NCBI RefSeq assembly: GCF_006345805.1
Contig: NC_043008.1
Location: 46,376,001 to 46,440,000, forward strand
Length of the DNA stretch: 64,000 nt
Direction of reading: 5' to 3'
Source of the DNA: Octopus sinensis
Taxonomy: Eukaryota
A model generated the notes under the pieces. The model was not told the origin of the DNA. It did not search any database and saw only the letters and a list, made by a program, of their open reading frames with translations. The position numbers were made by a program, and so were the translations under genes. This document shows, one piece after another, positions 38,097 through 51,715 of the stretch (position 1 is its first letter; each line of letters opens with the position of its first letter).

Positions 38097-39099
38097 CTTA
38101 AGGTGAGATCATTAATTTTTGGTTGCAAAAAATATTAAGTTACAGTACATTAATTTACTTCAAATTATTTTCATCGTTTACTGCTGTCAGCATATTTGGG
38201 GCAATGACGTCAAGTGTCATAGCAATATACAACCACCTAAATATACAGTTTGACATGCATTCGAATGTCAGCTGCTTGAGACCTGATTCGATGCAATTTG
38301 CAGGGAAATGTAGCTCTGTTTCAAAGCTTGTCGTCGCAGTAGGATTCTACGATAACGATAAATTGACATTTTTTTGGTCTTTGCTTATAATTGGTTTGGA
38401 AAAAGACATTTGTTTCTCTTGAAGGACGAGAAATTATTTGATATACAGGACGATACACTGCCATGGGTTTGTTTACAACTACTCTTAAAATCATTAGTCT
38501 GTGAATAAATCGTGTGTTTAGTTGCTCAAAATAAAGTTCTCTGTGTGCAAATATAAGGTCAAACTATACAATTTCACTTGCAAACGGATTGGATCGCAAC
38601 TATTTTCTTCGGCCAATACAATCCCACTGACCAATTTTCATAAGTTTGGAAACTAATGAGAGAATTTGAGACAGAACATATCCGTTAGCACCCTTTGAAG
38701 AAACTAAGGTCGTGCATTAGCGAACCCTGGAGATCTTTTTTCTCTTCGAATTAGAAATAGTCTGGTAGAACAATGACATTATGTTTTTGTGCTGCGGGAA
38801 ATAAGATTTACTGAATCATTGAAAATATAAAGATTTATTTACCTTAATCTATAGATGTAACGCCAAAGAATATACAAATAGAGAACTGAGTCAAAAGACA
38901 TCACATTGTCCATGTTGTCCTTTAGAATGAGTAAGCAATATTTTTCTCCCTCTCTCCTTCCCCCTTCTCTCTCTCTCTCTCTCTCCCTCTTTCTCTTTCT
39001 GTTTGTGAAGACTGAGTGATATGTTCAGTAATGAAAAGCTTGTAAAGCTAGCCACCAGTGAAGTCGCTCTTAACTCCTTAAGAATCTGACCGTTTAATG

Positions 39100-39780
39100 C
39101 TGGGTGGGAATAAGCATACATTTATCCTCTCCATCCACCACTATTGCTGGGAGTATCGTGGGGATAGGGTCTTCAGGTACCTTCAACATAAGATTCAGTC
39201 AGAAGTAACTGCCATTACTCTTGGATTCCACCTGGATTCCTCCCAAGCATGACCAACGAAAACTATGGCCATGATCCCAACATCTCATTATTCGTCTACT
39301 TCGAGGTCAATTGCCGTTTAGCTCAGCTTTAAACATCCTCCTTGCCATTCTTTCCTTCGACATTCTAATCAACTGTCCATTATACTGTACATATGACTTT
39401 TTGTGTAGCATAACAGTGGCTCCATCTGGATTCAACCGAGCTAAGCTTGTTGTCAAGTAACGTTATTCGAACGATCTCTCGAAGGCGTCCCATTCCCGTC
39501 ACTCGTATTCGCGATCGAAATCTCTCTTACTTTCATCGAGCACTCATTATCATAGGTGAGGATAGGTACGAAGATGAAATGGAAGATAGTAAGTTTTGCT
39601 TCTTTGCCAATCTCTCCTCTTCTTAGATTCAAATGCTAGAGCTGATGCCTTGCTGTACCAGCACATTCAGTCCAAGAAGACAATTTAGTCTCCTGTTTCC
39701 CATTACTCGCGAATACGCACCGGAGATATGTAGACTCCGCTTCTTGCTTCGGTAATGTTTCAGGGTCTACTGGGAAGACT
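39100..39780 (-). mobile_element. RTE-clade (Expander/Rex3-like) LINE 3' fragment, degenerate
   Basis: STYLRCVFASNGKQE; EAKLTIFHFIFVPILTYDNEC; EPLL... match RTE RT C-terminal motifs. Confidence 0.7.
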
Positions 39781-39980
39781 TCCTTGAGAGGACCCATGTC
39801 TCGGTCGTCACGGTGCTAATTCTTATCCGTTGCCTTGCAGTTCCCTGCAACGTTCCCATTCGGTGCAGGCTGAAACCTCCTTTTGACGATCCAAGCAGTT
39901 CTCCGTGTCCCTAAATATTAACCAACCGACCTTACCACTTTATACCCACATTCACAGGTGCAATCTCTCTCTCTCTTTAC

Positions 39981-39981
39981 C

Positions 39982-40065
<84 letters not shown>

Positions 40066-40121
40066 GTATGTATGTCTGTCTGTCTGTCTGTGTCTGTCCG
40101 TCCGTCCGTCTCTCTGTCATT

Positions 40122-40163
<42 letters not shown>

Positions 40164-40185
40164 GTATATCTATCTATCTCTCTGT
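39981..40185. repeat. Compound (TATC)n/(TGTC)n/(TC)n microsatellite
   Basis: Direct inspection. Confidence 0.95.
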
Positions 40186-40239
40186 ATGTACGTATGTGTG
40201 TATCTATATGATATAGACGTAAATAATTGGTTATATGCG

Positions 40240-41472
40240 TTTATTTATTTATCTGTTATAGGCTCAAATCTACTTCAGAGGCGCATTTAGGTGCGCTCCT
40301 TGTTCTATAATATCAGTCGCTTGATCAACTGAAAATATAGGGAACGATCCTTACAATGATATCTTCGTTAGAGATACACCAAGTCAACGGCCCCCACCAC
40401 CTCCACAAAAAAGATGTTGGCATTTGGTCAGTATGGCATTAATACACAACCAGGTCGCTTACGTCTAGCCATCAACTAAGCTTTTTTTCTCTGTTACCAC
40501 GAGTGAATAGTATTGTTATCCATTAAAGGAATTTGATATTCCACAACTTTTTTAAAGATAGCGGCAGGCTTTTGGCATTTACTACTATTTATTTGAACAT
40601 TCTGTGAGGGCGAAGTATTTGTACATATATAAGTCGAAAGGCATCAGTGGTACTGATAAATTATTGTAAACTGGGAATATCTAATTAAGTAGCAGGAATT
40701 CATCAAATACAAAACAGTTGACAGAAATATTTAGAACTCGTAATCAGCTATAAATAAACTATAACTGATAAATTAACAGCAGGACTAGGAAAATATGCGA
40801 TCATAAATTATAGGCCCAGGCGTCATTAGGAATCTTAAATAAGTTAGTAGAGTAAATTAGACGGGTGCTAAGTGACGATGATTAAGAATCGATTAAAACC
40901 CAAAGAAAAAGAAGCAACAAAGATGGATGTTTATGTGTGCGCGTGTTGTTTGTCTGAGTCGTCTATGAGTCTATAAGTCAGGAAAAGTATACTCGTGTAT
41001 CTGACAATAGAGTGGGAATATTATCCGAATTGTACAGTAGTATATATCCATTACGGCTGCCTGATCTCATCAATTCGTTTTGCGCTAGGGATTCGACGGA
41101 ATGTTAAGTAACAATTCGATTATGTAACTCTGCATTCATCAGAGCTCATCAGAAGTAACCGGTTTAGAATGAAATACGACGACTGCTCTATTTAGAAATC
41201 AGCTGATGGCGAGAAATAAGCGACCTAGTTCTGTATTAATTCCACACTGACCAATTCCAACGTCTTTGTTGTTGTTGTTGGTGGTGGTGGTGGTGGGGGG
41301 GCAGGGCTATTGACTTTGTGTGTCTCTGACGAAAATATCATTGTAACAGTCGTTCCCTATATTTTCAGTCGATCAATCAATCGATTGATATAGTACGACA
41401 AGGAACGCGCCTAAAAGTGCCCCTGGAATAGATTTGAGCCTACAATAAAGAGATAGCAGATAAATAAATAAA
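40240..41472. mobile_element. Old non-autonomous element with long (~240-270 bp) diverged terminal inverted repeats
   Basis: 40240-40477 (taggctcaaatcta...ctgaaaatatagggaacga...gccatcaact) is reverse-complementary to 41201-41472; TSD not clear. Confidence 0.75.
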
Positions 41473-42420
41473 TAAATGCTCTCTACAGAGAGCAGTCGCC
41501 ATATTTCATTCCGTATCGGCTACCTTGATGAGAGCAGGGTTACATAGTTGAATTGTTATATAATACTCCGTTGAATCCCCAGCGCGAAACTGACGGGTAA
41601 TGTTGGCGATGATAAGTAAATAATATTGTACACTTCGGAAAATATATATATGCGTAGAACATATAATGGAAGCATTGGGAAAGTGCACGGAAACTAAATG
41701 ATAGAGGTTAAATTGTTCTTACCTGGAAGCGGTCAGTCAGTCTCTGTCTCTCAAAGTGTATCTATTCAATTCTAAACAACATAGTGTATCTATTCAATTC
41801 TAAACAACAAATTAAACTGCATTCTAAATTTCCTAGGGACAATCCACTGTTTTTATGTCTCTCTATAAAGTGATACCTCATTCGCTTCTGTCTTATTGAT
41901 ATATGTATATTCTTATAAAGGTATGCATGTGTGTGCGTGTATTTGCGTGTGCCTCTATGTTTGCGTATGTATGCGTGTATTTGCGTGTGCCTCTATGTTT
42001 GCGTATGTATGCGTGTAAGTAAATCTCAAAATAACGTGCGGATAATCACGCAACGTGTCAGTTAGAGTTTATAACGAAATACCTGAGGGAGTTAATCGTT
42101 TCTGGATATAAAAAGGAGGATTGCGTTTAACGTTGAAATAACTCAAAACAGACGCTATAAAATGGCTGATCAGAAGGAAGCACATTTGTAAAGAAGGGAA
42201 TTATGATATCGTAAATATTCTCTCACATCCTTGCAAAATTCTAATGCATCTTTACCGGAAGCTTTTAACGTCCAGATAAAGACATCATAAATAAAACAAA
42301 ATACAATATTCAGAGCCTATAATTGTTTACATGATTAGATTTATAGATGGTGTTTGTTTTATTCGTACACCATCTATCATCAATATGGTCACCAAATGAC
42401 ACACGTGTATATATATATAT

Positions 42421-42594
42421 GTGTGTGTGTGTGTGTATGTGTGTAAAACACGGTTTATAAATATGCAAACGTAAACACACTCGTAAACTGGGAGTTTACT
42501 TGTGCACGTGTGTGTGTGTGTGTATGTGTGTAAAACACGGTTTATAAATATGCAAACGTAAACACACTCGTAAACTGGGAGTTTACTTGTGCAC
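42421..42594. repeat. Perfect ~87-bp tandem duplication bounded by (TG)n
   Basis: gtaaaacacggtttataaatatgcaaacg...tttacttgtgcac at 42443 and 42530. Confidence 0.9.
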
Positions 42595-43829
42595 GTGTGT
42601 GTGTGTGTGTGTGACTGATTTTTTTTAATGTTATTCTTCTGACATGTATGTTTGTATGTTTGTAAAAATCATATTCTTGATTTTCGTAGTTAATAGGGAT
42701 TGCGAGAATTACACACACACAAACATGTATAATATATATACTTATATAGAGAATGTGAGTGTGTAGATATGGGTGTTTCTGTATATGAGTTTATAAGCAT
42801 GTCCGTGTTCCAATTTCTGTCTTTATCAGTTTATGAGTTATTGAGCGTGTTTCGTATGTAACATGATTACCGTGTCTTCTCGTGTTATTAGATTAATGTC
42901 CTGTTGAAGCTAGTACATTAGCTGCCCAGTACATACTATTTTCTCCATGATTCTTATCTAAGTTATATATACAATTTATCTCAGATATATCAACATTAGT
43001 CTGTTAATGTCTCTAGTCTAACGCATCATCTTAATAAATGTTTGAGCGCATAAAAGCAATTTTCAAGTCAAAGCCACAATATTATAATCTATCTCAGTTG
43101 ACATATTGCAACACGAATTGTGATTATTTGCCTCCAAAAATTTAATAAAATTTACTCTTAAATTTTCTCAACGCACGTTCATATCATGATAAACGGTTTC
43201 TTTCTGAAAACATCAAAATTCGATAAAATAACAAAGGACTTTTAATGCATTCAGTGATACAACCAATACAGTGCTGTGTATAGTGTGGATTGAAATCGTA
43301 TTAGCTTATCTCTATTTCACTGAAAATATATAAAATTATCAATGTGGTTATCTAATCCAATGATCCTGTCACCAACCAATGATGGGTGACATGATTTGCA
43401 CATTATATGACACTAATCCTAAATATTTCTTAGACAGGAATAAAACTTTGTACACGCAGCACAATTTCGTGCATATATTCTTCATTTTTAGAAGAAAAAA
43501 TGGTGTTCACATCAGACTGATGAAATATATAAACATTTTACATGTTCCAAGTAGCTCGAAGTGTTTTACTAAGCTTTAAAAATCACGGGTAATGAATGGT
43601 TGGCGTAAAGGGATAAACACCGATGTCGAATGTGATAGGCCTGACAATCGTTGAAGTATTTCGTAAAATGAAACCTATGGTAGCCTTGATACACAAATAA
43701 AGAACATTAATCAACTAATGTGGTGTTGCGTAATCAATCTCATTGTTCGATATTTACGGGTGTATATATAACATCCTTAAAATCCTTTAAAATGTTTTAG
43801 CCCGAAAGGCCGCGGCCATGCTGGACAAG

Positions 43830-44125
43830 TTGAAGATTCCCTTCGATCATGAATGACCATGGGATTGCACCTAGAATGTTCCACTCTCAGACACAAGGCT
43901 GGGAAAATGTGCTTAAGGAAGACGAGTTGTCGCCCATGCATAGCAGTCTGTCCTCTCCACGTAACCAATCTTATCTAAGAGGATACAGCTGGACACCAGT
44001 GACGTCGCAACTCATTTCTACAGTTCAGTAACGTAAAAGAGTAACGTAAAAGAAATTATCTTGCTGAAGAGCACAACACACACAACCTCATGATTGTGAC
44101 TGAACGCTCTAACCACTGAGCTATG
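43830..44125 (-). mobile_element. tRNA-derived SINE (degenerate)
   Basis: Head catagctcagtggttagagcg; cttcagcaag CORE-like segment; tail gtgcaatcccatggtcattcatga. Confidence 0.6.
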
Positions 44126-44159
44126 TCTTCACTACACACACATGCGCACGCATGTGTGT

Positions 44160-44300
44160 GCAGACTTGGCTTACTAGTAAGAATCTTGCTTCCCAAGCAC
44201 GTGGTTTTGGGTTCAGTCTCATAAGTGGTAGGTTCGACTGGTACCTCTTACTATAGCCCCGAGTTGACAAAGCTTTTTTTACGTGGATTTGGTAAATGAA
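44160..44300 (+). mobile_element. Degenerate SINE family A head
   Basis: gggttcagtc...ctatagccccgagttgac...gtggatttggta. Confidence 0.55.
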
Positions 44301-44348
44301 GGCGCGCAATTTATGTACGTGTGTGTGTGTATGTGTGTGTGTGTGTGT

Positions 44349-44388
<40 letters not shown>

Positions 44389-45120
44389 GTTTGTGTGTTT
44401 GGCGAAATGTTTCTGCAGTGAAGTCCTCGGTGGATGACAACGAAATTTTGCAGTTAGCAATTATTATAATTCAAATGTTTTCTAGATTAAATTATTGAAA
44501 CATCAAATATGACAAGACCACAAGATACAACAGGCAAACGTTTTGTTTAAATTTTTTAATAAATTCCTTTGCATTGTTTTTATTTTATATTTTCTTATCA
44601 ATGTTTGCCACTCTTCCACTCCAGAGATCAATACTGTTTTAGACTATTACAATAATAATAATAATAATAATATTAATAATAACAATAATAATAACTAAAT
44701 AATACTAACATTAACAATTATACCTGTTTCAATATTTTCAATCATATCAATCCTAACTTGATAGAATCTATGCAATACCTTTTGCACTAACATTAATCAA
44801 TATCTCTGAAGTTATCGACTTTATTGATTTGGCAGAAATTCACTAAAAGTATATATTGTTTGAATGTTCCTATTTTTATTTCGAAATAGAATTTGAGTGT
44901 TTCCAAGTTTGCATTTTCTAATGGACGATTCTGTAAGTTAGGAATATTTTGAATACGTCGGAATCCTCAGATTTTCCTGGTAATGCGGTCACATTGCAAT
45001 AAGTTTGCACGTGAAAACAAAAACAGGATTTGTAACTGCAATTTACAAATACTTCTAGGAAAATTCAGTTACATTATGATTTAAAAAATGTACAGATGCA
45101 TACATAGATACATGCATCTG

Positions 45121-45684
45121 CACGAGTGGGAGTCAAAAAGTAATGCCATTTTTTTAGGACAGGTATAATTACCAACAAAAGAACATGTATCATACACAAA
45201 ATTAAGCTGGTCTTCGGTGGATCACATCCATACTTCTCAACATAATCACCGTTTCTCTCAATAGCAATGTTCCACCTTCCTATGAGAGCATTTATCTCTG
45301 CCCCGTAAAATTCTGTTGACTTATATTTGAGCCACTTTTCATTACAGTTTTCACTTCCTCGTCACTGGAATAATTTAGCGCCTTCAGACTATCAACTTTT
45401 CGGCCCCATGAGAGAGGGATTGAGAGGCAAACATTTCAGTGACGAGGAACTGAAAACTGTAGTGAAGAAGTGGCTCAAAGAAGAGTCAACAAAATTTTAC
45501 GGGGTAGAGGTACATGTTCTCATTCGAAGGTGGAACGTTGCTATTGAGAGAAATGGGAACTATATTGAGCAGTAGGGATGTAATTCACAAGGTACCAGCT
45601 TCATTTCGATGTATGATACATATCCCTGTTTTGGTAATTATACTTGTTCTAAACAAAATGGCATTACTTTGATACACCCTCCTC

Positions 45685-45687
<3 letters not shown>
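45121..45687. mobile_element. Fold-back mariner derivative (two inverted 3' ends)
   Basis: Ends CACGAG...CTCGTG then TA; right arm encodes NLAPSDYQLFGPMREGLRGKHF...RWNVAIERNGNYIEQ; left ~250 bp is its reverse complement. Confidence 0.85.
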
Positions 45688-45740
<53 letters not shown>

Positions 45741-45742
<2 letters not shown>

Positions 45743-46117
45743 TCTCTTTTACTCTTTTATTTGTTTTAGTCATTTGACTGCGGCCATGCTGGATCACCGC
45801 CTGTGGTCGAGCAACTCGACCCCGGGACTTTTTCCTTTTTGTAAGCCCAGTACTTATTCTATCGGTCTCTTTTTGCCGAACCGCTAAGTGACGGGGACGT
45901 AAACACACCAGCATCGGTTGTCAAGCAATGCTAGGGGAACAAACACATACACATACATATATATACAGCAGGCTTCTTTCAGTTTCCGTCTACCAAATCC
46001 ACTCACAAGGCATTGGTCGGCCCGGGGCTATATCAGAAGACACTTGCCCAAGATGCCACGCAGTGGGACTGAACCTAGAACCATGTGGTTGGTTAGCAAG
46101 CTACCTACCACACAACC
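45741..46117 (-). mobile_element. tRNA-derived SINE family A
   Basis: Near-identical to 27406-27828. Confidence 0.9.
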
Positions 46118-46360
46118 TTAGCATATTTCCCGCATGGATGGAGGTTCAATAATGTGGAGGATATTGAAACGGATTTAGAGAGTTTTTGCCTCGAAACAAG
46201 CCAAATATTATAAGCGTGGAATTGAGATTCTGGCAGAATGGTAACCATAGACAATAAAATACCATGGGATATATTTTGGTGAATAAACGCATTTCGTATG
46301 TAATTTTGTGACTATTGACTTAAGCTTGAGATAAGAAAAACCTTCTCACTCAACCTGGTA
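46118..46360 (+). mobile_element. Mariner 3' fragment
   Basis: GWRFNNVEDIETDL...FASKQAKYYKRGIEILAEW...HGIYFGE*, followed by TIR-like caacctggta. Confidence 0.65.
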
Positions 46361-46722
46361 CGTATGCACACATATGTTATCTTCTGTTTTGAGATATTCT
46401 TCTGGGGCAAAGGGATAGTTTCTAGACATGGTACAAGGCTTCATCGTGGAAAATAGGTAACAAAATCAAATTCTCATTTTGAACTTTAGAAAAGTTTTGC
46501 ATATAATTACTACTGAATATATAGACACTATTTCTAATGTGTAAAAACCTTAGCTCATCCAGAAAGTCATTTCGGTATTTGCTCACAAAAGTAAGAGCTT
46601 CAATTATTTAGAATAATGTGTATTTATTATCTGGGTAGTTTTCGAATCAGTAGCCCGCTATTATCTACTCTGCTTTTGATTTCCGACGATATATTCTCCC
46701 CAGGAGGAGGGCATATATATAT

Positions 46723-46797
<75 letters not shown>

Positions 46798-46971
46798 ATT
46801 CTCTATATGTACGTATGTACTTTTTTATATATGTATGTGCTAGTATTTCCAAAATGTATCAGTTCCAATGTGGCTTTGTTATATTTTGTAAACAGAAGCC
46901 TCCAAACTACTGAGTAAGAGGAAAAGGACGAAGAAAAAGAATACATTAATTTAATGAAACTTTAAAATATT

Positions 46972-47193
46972 GTTTTCTACTCAAGGCACAAGGCCTGAAT
47001 TTTTTTTTTTTGTAGCGGGTGGTAGTCGATTGGATCAACCGCGGTACGTAACCGGTACTTAATTTAGCGATCCAGAAAGGATGAAAGGCAAAGTCGACCT
47101 CGGCGGAATTTGAGTTCACAACGTAACGGCAGACGAAATACCGCTAAGCATTTCGCCCGACGTGATAATGTTTCTGCCAGCGCGTCGCCTTAT
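46972..47193 (-). mobile_element. tRNA-derived SINE family B with 15-bp TSD
   Basis: Head ggcgacgcgctggcagaa...aactcaaattccgccgaggtcgac; TSD AAACTTTAAAATATT at 46957-46971 and 47194-47208. Confidence 0.88.
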
Positions 47194-47518
47194 AAACTTT
47201 AAAATATTACGGCCTCAGCAGTTCCAGTTTGCAACAGTTTTCTTTCTATTTCGCTTTTCTCTTTGCCTGTCATTTACTTTACTGCTGATTCTTAATGTAA
47301 GGCCCTCTGCTGAAGCCAAATCTTTTCGCACAGCGTGAAAAGTATTCCTCAAATACTAATATTAACACACATGTTAGCGTCATTACTTCGAAGTTCTTAT
47401 AACTTATAACCTGCTATTTCTGATTGTGAAACTACGACATATTCAGCATTCGCACCATCAATCAATATATCACGAGTTGTAAATTTTAATGATATTAACT
47501 AAAACGATATTAACTAAA

Positions 47519-47672
47519 ACGTTCTGAGTTCAAATTCCGCCGAGGTCGACTTTCTCTCTCTCTCTCCGTTTCGGAGTCGATAAACTAAGTTCCAGTTGCG
47601 TACTGGGGTCGATCTAATCGACTGCCCAACCTCCCCAGAAATCTCGGGCCTTGTACTTAGAAAATAAAAGGA
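47519..47672 (+). mobile_element. SINE family B, 5'-truncated
   Basis: gttctgagttcaaattccgccgaggtcgac...ggggtcgatctaatcgac...ggccttgt. Confidence 0.8.
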
Positions 47673-48382
47673 AATTATAACAGCCGCATCGCTTTGCTAT
47701 AAAACATTCAGATACGCACACATAGATACAGATTCAGTATGTATTTATCCCTCTGTGTGTCTACTGGAATGGGTGTTGGTGTGTGCATGCATGTGACTAT
47801 GTAATGTAAACGAAAGCAGTAAGTGTGCAATTTCACTAGAATCCCAAGTGCGATGATGCTTTGTTCTGTCAGAGTTTTGGTAAAATTGAAAAGTGCGCCG
47901 TTTAACACAATACCTTGAGAATAACATGGTAGGAAAATTGAAAAATAATTATTGTAGTTTCGGTATGTTTCTATTAAATACGGGTTCGTGATTCCCAATA
48001 CTCAAATCAAAAGCAAATATTTTCTGCTGATAACCGAATAATCATAATCAATTATATCATCTTACGATTCACTATCGACCCGAATGCACTTTTCTTGCTA
48101 GGTTGCTCCCGTGAGTAAACACTAAACACTGAAGCGGTTTTAAATATCCTAATGTAACCGAAACTTCACAAGACTCTCTTCTTTCAACGAAGTGTGCAAT
48201 ATCGCAGCAAAGCAGCCGTGAATTTTGATGTTGATATCTGGGCCCATTCATATAAAATCACCAATAAAGGCGTTTATAATATACTACACGTGAGAGAAAC
48301 TAGATACTGGGTATCGTTGGCTGGCTCTATTTATATACGTTATTTATATATATATATAATTATATATATTATTATCCATATA

Positions 48383-48383
<1 letters not shown>

Positions 48384-48439
<56 letters not shown>

Positions 48440-48465
48440 CATTATTATTATTATTATTATTATTA
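48384..48465. repeat. (TTA)n microsatellite
   Basis: Direct inspection. Confidence 0.95.
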
Positions 48466-48480
48466 CTTTAATAATAATTC

Positions 48481-48635
48481 TTTCTTTATTGGCCACAAAG
48501 GCCAAAAATAAAACATACGAGGGACAGCGAGGTTAAAGTGTAAACAGCCAACAAACAACGATTAACAAAGAGATTAAATCAACAATATGCTTCCCCAATG
48601 CTGGGGAGTTCCGACCGTAATGTGACCCCATGCAC
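48481..48635 (-). mobile_element. Probable Tx1-type 3' UTR end
   Basis: Minus strand ttggcc-tttgt-ggccaa overlapping AATAAA, then gaaa and an adjacent (TAA)n; same terminal architecture as 5189-5218. Confidence 0.5.
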
Positions 48636-48639
48636 TTTG

Positions 48640-48902
48640 GACCCCTGCTATAGTTTCGTGCCAGCCAAAGCCTCCTGAGTGCATTCGGTAGACGGAAGTT
48701 GAAAGAAGCCCGACGTATATACATTTATATATACGTTCGTATTCGTTTGTCTGTACTTGTCCCCTCACCATCGCTTGACAACAGAAAAGAAACCGAGAGA
48801 ATAAGTATTAGGCTTACAAAGAATAAGTCCTAGGGACGATTTGTTCGACTAAAGGTCGTACTCCAGCATTGCCGCATTCAAATGAGTGAAACAAGTAAAA
48901 CA
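48640..48902 (+). mobile_element. SINE family A, 5'-truncated, diverged
   Basis: ggtagacggaagttgaaagaagccc...caaagaataagtcc...ccagcattgccgc...aacaagtaaaa. Confidence 0.75.
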
Positions 48903-48911
48903 ATAAATGAA

Positions 48912-48950
<39 letters not shown>

Positions 48951-49004
48951 TCTTTACTCTCTTTTTACTCTTTTACTTATATATATATATATATATATAT
49001 ATAT

Positions 49005-49188
49005 ACTCTTTACTCTCTTTTTACTCTTTTACTTGTTTCAGTCAGACTGCGGCCATGCTGGCGCACCGCCTTTAGTCGAGCAAATCGACCCCGGGACTTA
49101 TTCTTTGTAAGCCCAGTACTTATTATATCGGTCTCTTTGCCGAACCGCTAAACACATCAGCATCAGTTGTCAAGCAATACTAGGGGGA

Positions 49189-49284
<96 letters not shown>

Positions 49285-49446
49285 GACAGGCTTCTTTCGG
49301 TTTCCGTCTACCAAATCCACTCACAAGGCATTGGTCGGCCCAGGGCTATAGCAGAAGACACTCGCCCAAGATGCCACGCAGTGGGACTGAACCCGGAACC
49401 ACGTGTTTGGTTAGCAAGCTACTTACCACACAGCCACTCCTGCGCC
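49005..49446 (-). mobile_element. tRNA-derived SINE family A, full length
   Basis: Head ggcgcaggagtggctgtgtgg; tail duplicated at 48949-48978. Confidence 0.9.
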
Positions 49447-50188
49447 TATAATATATATGAGGATAAAGGGATGTATACCAAATACCATTCAACAATTATT
49501 TTCGCTTCGATCGACACATAAATAAGCGTCTTAATTCCAAATGTGAACCCCTCGTTGAGAAGTGATGGTAATCCCCCGTAATGGCATAAAATTTCTTTCT
49601 CGATTACCATGCAACCGATAAAGAAAATGCAGGTTAATTTTTCTGAAGAGAAAAAGACAACTCTAAAAAGAGACATCACTATTAGCCCCTATATCTCGGT
49701 TTCAGGTGGGGATATGTGGTTAACTTCAGTTCCTATTTTAAATGTGTACCAATGCAGGTAAATGTTTATTTTATGTTTCTGAAAATGCATGAGACCAATC
49801 TTTGAAGTTATGCAAATGTTTTCTTATCAGACATTCTTCTTTATTTTATATCACAAAACAACATTGTAATTTTTGTCGCTATGAAAACTTGCCTTCGATT
49901 GAAAGTAAATCTATCAGCAAATGAAATGTGAATATCATTAATTATCGTTTCAGTATCTGACAGCTACCCGAGGCTTGTAATATGGACGTGTTTCGTCTGT
50001 ATATTGAAATTTAATTTCCTGTCTACTTTAACCCATCTCCTGTTAAATATGTTAAAAGACAGTCATATTGATCATCCCGATATTATCGTAACACACAGCA
50101 AATCACCGAGTATCCAATTCATCTACGGTGAAGTTCAGTTTTTCTATCGGTTATATTTATACATACATACACACACATATATATGTAT

Positions 50189-50229
<41 letters not shown>

Positions 50230-51684
50230 GTGTGTGTAGGGCTGTGGCTGTGTATGAATACGTATGTATGTGTGCGTATAGTGAGTTGAGAAGGATATAT
50301 TATCTGGGCGTAAACCGTGGTGGCTCTCAGTTATGGTCCAGGTTACAGCTAACCGTATTATTTACTATTTAACATCTATCACTACTATGAGTTGTAAATT
50401 TCTCCGATAGGTAACTTCGTTCTCGCTTCTCTGGATGGTAATGTTTTCTGGATCACATATTAGCAATAACTCTAACGATACAGAAAATGATGAGATGGCC
50501 ATCCTCAAAATTCATTTCTCTTTATTCTACAATTTCATAACATATTTTTTATGGTTATTACGACATACACATGTTTATACTGCGCTGTGTCTGGACAGTT
50601 GCACATCCAGCCGGGCATAATTTTCTGTGCAGCTTCGTTCACGTTCTGTCCACGTATGTATGTATGTTTAAGAAAAGGCATAAATAATTGTCATTGTCAT
50701 GTATATCGCTCTGTGTAAAGACCAATATATCTGAAACACAACCATGTATTTACAACTAAGAATGAGTTATATATGTAAGAATTCTAACACAGTGCTGAAT
50801 TGTAGACCCGGAATTTTCAGCAGTTGTAAGGATATGGCTAAGTTCCTGTTGACAATTTGGAAAATGCTACCTTCTCCAGACTGAACATTGGCAGCACAAA
50901 CTCTAAGCCACTATATTTTCAGCCTTATATTTTACAATCACAGGGGAAATAATTCTCCGCCCCCGGTTTCACTTCGTTATGTTTTGTTTTTCGTTTTACG
51001 GTCTTTCAACTTTTGACCTTTTATATCTGCTCCTTTCTCGCCTTTTCTAGATTTTCTCTCATCCTATCATTCCTTTTTAGTTTGTTATACTATGTGGCAG
51101 TACCTGAAGTTTGTGCTGAGATACCAGAGGTGTTGAAATGTACTCTCTGAGATGCTCATATCATATGCAAAACATATTGTGTTTATTAAATAATGTTTAC
51201 TTTTCACCATAGAGATAAACCACTGAATAGCACAAAATACATGATGCATGTGTGTGTGAATGTATAAATGTGTGTATTCATGTATGTAAATGTGTATGTA
51301 CATATGCAGGTGTGCCTATGCATATGTGAGTGTGCGCATGTATGAGTATGTACACAGCAAAAAAGAATGAAGATTACACCACACAGGACCAACGATCGTT
51401 TCTGCTGTGTCAGCATCTTCTGGTGTGTAAGTAGAGGCTCAAAATACTAATGAATCAAATATATGCGCGCATAAGGGAAGCGGACGATTATTTTCAGAAT
51501 TTAATTATATTCACTGGATGTTTGGCATTCTTCTCAGCGCCTTTTGGATTTACTCATACCGGAGAATTATCCTTGGCTGTTAATTCTATTTGCATATTTT
51601 GGTATCTGATCGCTTGATGGAGTTAACCAAGTCTATCCAACAACTGAATGCTTTCTAGATTTATTATTTCGCATTACATGTCAT

Positions 51685-51715
<31 letters not shown>

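Noticed and set aside
41060-41152. Hammerhead with CTGATGA core on the minus strand
   Set aside because: No GAAA follows a convincing stem II (distal candidate reads AAAA); at best decayed.
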